A stretch of 32,000 nucleotides of DNA from Candidatus Methanophagaceae archaeon. Lineage in GTDB: Archaea > Halobacteriota > Syntropharchaeia > Alkanophagales > Methanospirareceae. Positions 30,741 to 32,000 of this stretch are shown in pieces; the first letter of the stretch is position 1, and each line of letters opens with the position of its first letter. Location: the NCBI GenBank assembly GCA_003194425.1, contig PQXB01000001.1:310444-342443 (forward strand). Reading direction: 5' to 3'. The notes below the pieces were generated by a model, which was not told where the DNA came from, searched no databases, and was given only the letters and a program-made list of their open reading frames with translations. The position numbers and the translations under genes are program-made.

Positions 30741-31061
30741 TTAACCCACTTCAACCCCTTCTCCTTCTCGCCCTCTTCCCGCACCCGACTTCTTCCCGCC
30801 GGCAGTCCCAGCAGGCAACCGCTTCATCTCCGGCGGCACCTTCACCCTCAACACATTCGTAGAGCGAACGTGGTAAACCGGGTCGCCCGTCATCGGGTCG
30901 TAGTTCTCGGTCCGAATAATGCTGCTCACAATCGTCTTGAACCGCAGCACCGTCCCGTCCTCCAACTTGTACTCGTTCCAATCCTCTTTCACCGTCTCAA
31001 AGTCCACATCCATCGCTTCTATTTCCTGCCCGTTCGGCAAACGCACTTTCACTTTCCTCAC
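30741..31061 (-). CDS. Small conserved-looking hypothetical protein with a Gly/Arg/Glu-rich tail
   Basis: 106-aa ORF with a GTG start about 29 nt downstream of a TATA (tttaaata on the minus strand), so it is probably leaderless. Sequence: MRKVKVRLPNGQEIEAMDVDFETVKEDWNEYKLEDGTVLRFKTIVSSIIRTENYDPMTGDPVYHV. I recognise no family. Confidence 0.55.
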   Translation of the reverse strand: MRKVKVRLPNGQEIEAMDVDFETVKEDWNEYKLEDGTVLRFKTIVSSIIRTENYDPMTGDPVYHVRSTNVLRVKVPPEMKRLPAGTAGGKKSGAGRGREGEGVEVG

Positions 31062-31079
31062 CCTTTTCTTATTTCTACT

Positions 31080-31119
31080 CTAACCTATTTAAACCAAAAC
31101 TAACCTATTTAAACCAAAA
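31080..31119. repeat. Perfect 20-bp tandem duplication (ctaacctatttaaaccaaaa x2), each copy carrying a TATA-like tatttaaa, in a divergent promoter region
   Basis: Direct reading: 31080-31099 equals 31100-31119. Further accaaaata-type repeats follow up to about 31160. Confidence 0.95.
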
Positions 31120-31183
31120 ACCAAAATACAAAAACCAAAATAAAAAAACCAAAAAAGGAGAAGAAGAAAAAGAGAAGAACAAA

Positions 31184-31600
31184 ATGGACGCGAAGCTGTT
31201 CTTGGCGGCACTCGCAGTCTGGGGTGCTTTTGCGGTTGCAGGCATTCTGAACGGGGTGTTTAGAGAGTCCTTTCTCGCACCTAAAGTAAGCGAGCACGCA
31301 AGTCACGTTCTCAGCACACTCGTTTTGGTCGGCGTTATTTTTGCAGGGAGTTTTCTGTTCCTTCTCGTCCTCGCTAACTTGGAAATTGACTACAGCAAGG
31401 CGGATTTGGTTCTGGTCGGAGTGGTTTGGGTGGTTTTAACAGTCGTCTTTGAGTTTGGTTTCGGGCATTTTGTGGCAGGCAATTCTTGGAGCACTCTTCT
31501 CACTGACTACAACCTTCTTAACGGGCGGGTTTGGAGTCTCGTGCTGTTAGCCGTCTTCGTCGCACCTTCGTTCTGGGGCTGCATTTTCCAGAAAATATGA
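31184..31600 (+). CDS. Hypothetical integral membrane protein (about 4 TM helices)
   Basis: 138-aa ORF with four hydrophobic segments (LFLAALAVWGAFAVAGIL, LSTLVLVGVIFAGSFLFLLVL, LVLVGVVWVVLTVVFEFGF, WSLVLLAVFVAPSFWGCIF). Confidence 0.6.
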   Translation: MDAKLFLAALAVWGAFAVAGILNGVFRESFLAPKVSEHASHVLSTLVLVGVIFAGSFLFLLVLANLEIDYSKADLVLVGVVWVVLTVVFEFGFGHFVAGNSWSTLLTDYNLLNGRVWSLVLLAVFVAPSFWGCIFQKI

Positions 31601-31612
31601 GAGGGGTTAAAA

Positions 31613-32000
31613 ATGAGAAGAGTAAAGACGAGGACAAAACCAAAACCAAAACAAAAAAACAAAACCGCAGTCTGCGTCTGCTCTGGCGGGGTGGATTCCA
31701 CGGTCGCTGCGACTGTCGCCGCACGCGAAGGCTACGAGTTGCGCCTCTTCCACGCGTCCTACGGGCAGCGGGCGGAACGGCAGGAGAAAGAAGCGGTCGT
31801 GAAAATCGCCGGTTACTTTGGTGTGGGTGCGAAGGATTTAAAATTCGCGGAAATTCCGTTCTTGAAGGAACTCGGTGGCTCGGCACTGACAGACCTCGAG
31901 AGAGAAGTCCCAGTTGGAGAAGAGGTGAAGTTAAATGAAAACGGAGAAACAGGGGGAGAAACAAGAGAAGCAGGAGAAGCAGGAGAAGCAGGAGAAGCAG
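31613..32000 (+). CDS. queC: 7-cyano-7-deazaguanine synthase QueC, N-terminal part (continues beyond the window)
   Basis: Not in the ORF track because it has no stop in the window. ATG 31613 gives MRRVKTRTKPKPKQKNKTAVCVCSGGVDSTVAATVAAREGYELRLFHASYGQRAE.., carrying the PP-loop SGGxDS. A 9-bp repeat gagaagcag x4 (GEA units) runs from 31965 to 32000. Confidence 0.75.
   Translation, partial: MRRVKTRTKPKPKQKNKTAVCVCSGGVDSTVAATVAAREGYELRLFHASYGQRAERQEKEAVVKIAGYFGVGAKDLKFAEIPFLKELGGSALTDLEREVPVGEEVKLNENGETGGETREAGEAGEAGEA

Overview
The window is archaeal chromosome, probably from an H4MPT-using euryarchaeon. Supporting markers are Hef, the thermosome, the Rrp4/Rrp41/Rrp42 exosome operon, a class I CCA-adding enzyme, Ftr, tRNAs without encoded CCA, GGAGGTGA-type Shine-Dalgarno sites and TATA/oligo-T signals. 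The housekeeping backbone is pth2 (3' end), rrp42-rrp41-rrp4-hef, an FrhB-family gene overlapping a lone atpB, dys, the thermosome gene, a CobY-like gene, suhB, ABCE1, a HAD gene, cca, ftr and queC (5' end). Visibly more A/T-rich accessory genes interrupt this backbone. They are a 1253-aa beta-helix adhesin, a HARE-HTH plus PD-(D/E)xK-like protein next to tRNA-Pro, a DUF2341-like secreted protein, a small overlapping gene pair, a PGF-CTERM-anchored caspase-fold protease, and a surface-protein gene with anthrax-PA-like calcium-binding motifs. The most striking signal is a pervasive pattern of perfect, head-to-tail short tandem duplications. (1) In-frame copies (6-30 bp units) sit as low-complexity inserts inside essential genes: rrp4, hef, the FrhB-like gene, the CobY-like gene, ABCE1, cca and queC. 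(2) Other copies duplicate TATA-containing promoter or leader segments. (3) Three out-of-frame copies (19, 14 and 44 bp) chop the PA-like surface gene into three ORFs. Removing one copy of each restores a single 334-codon ORF with a signal peptide and a C-terminal anchor. In addition, the adhesin's PEF-CTERM-type sorting signal is stranded in the -1 frame behind a GGAAAG site. No CRISPR array, transposase or integrase was seen. All homology calls come from reading motifs by eye and need HMM or BLAST confirmation.
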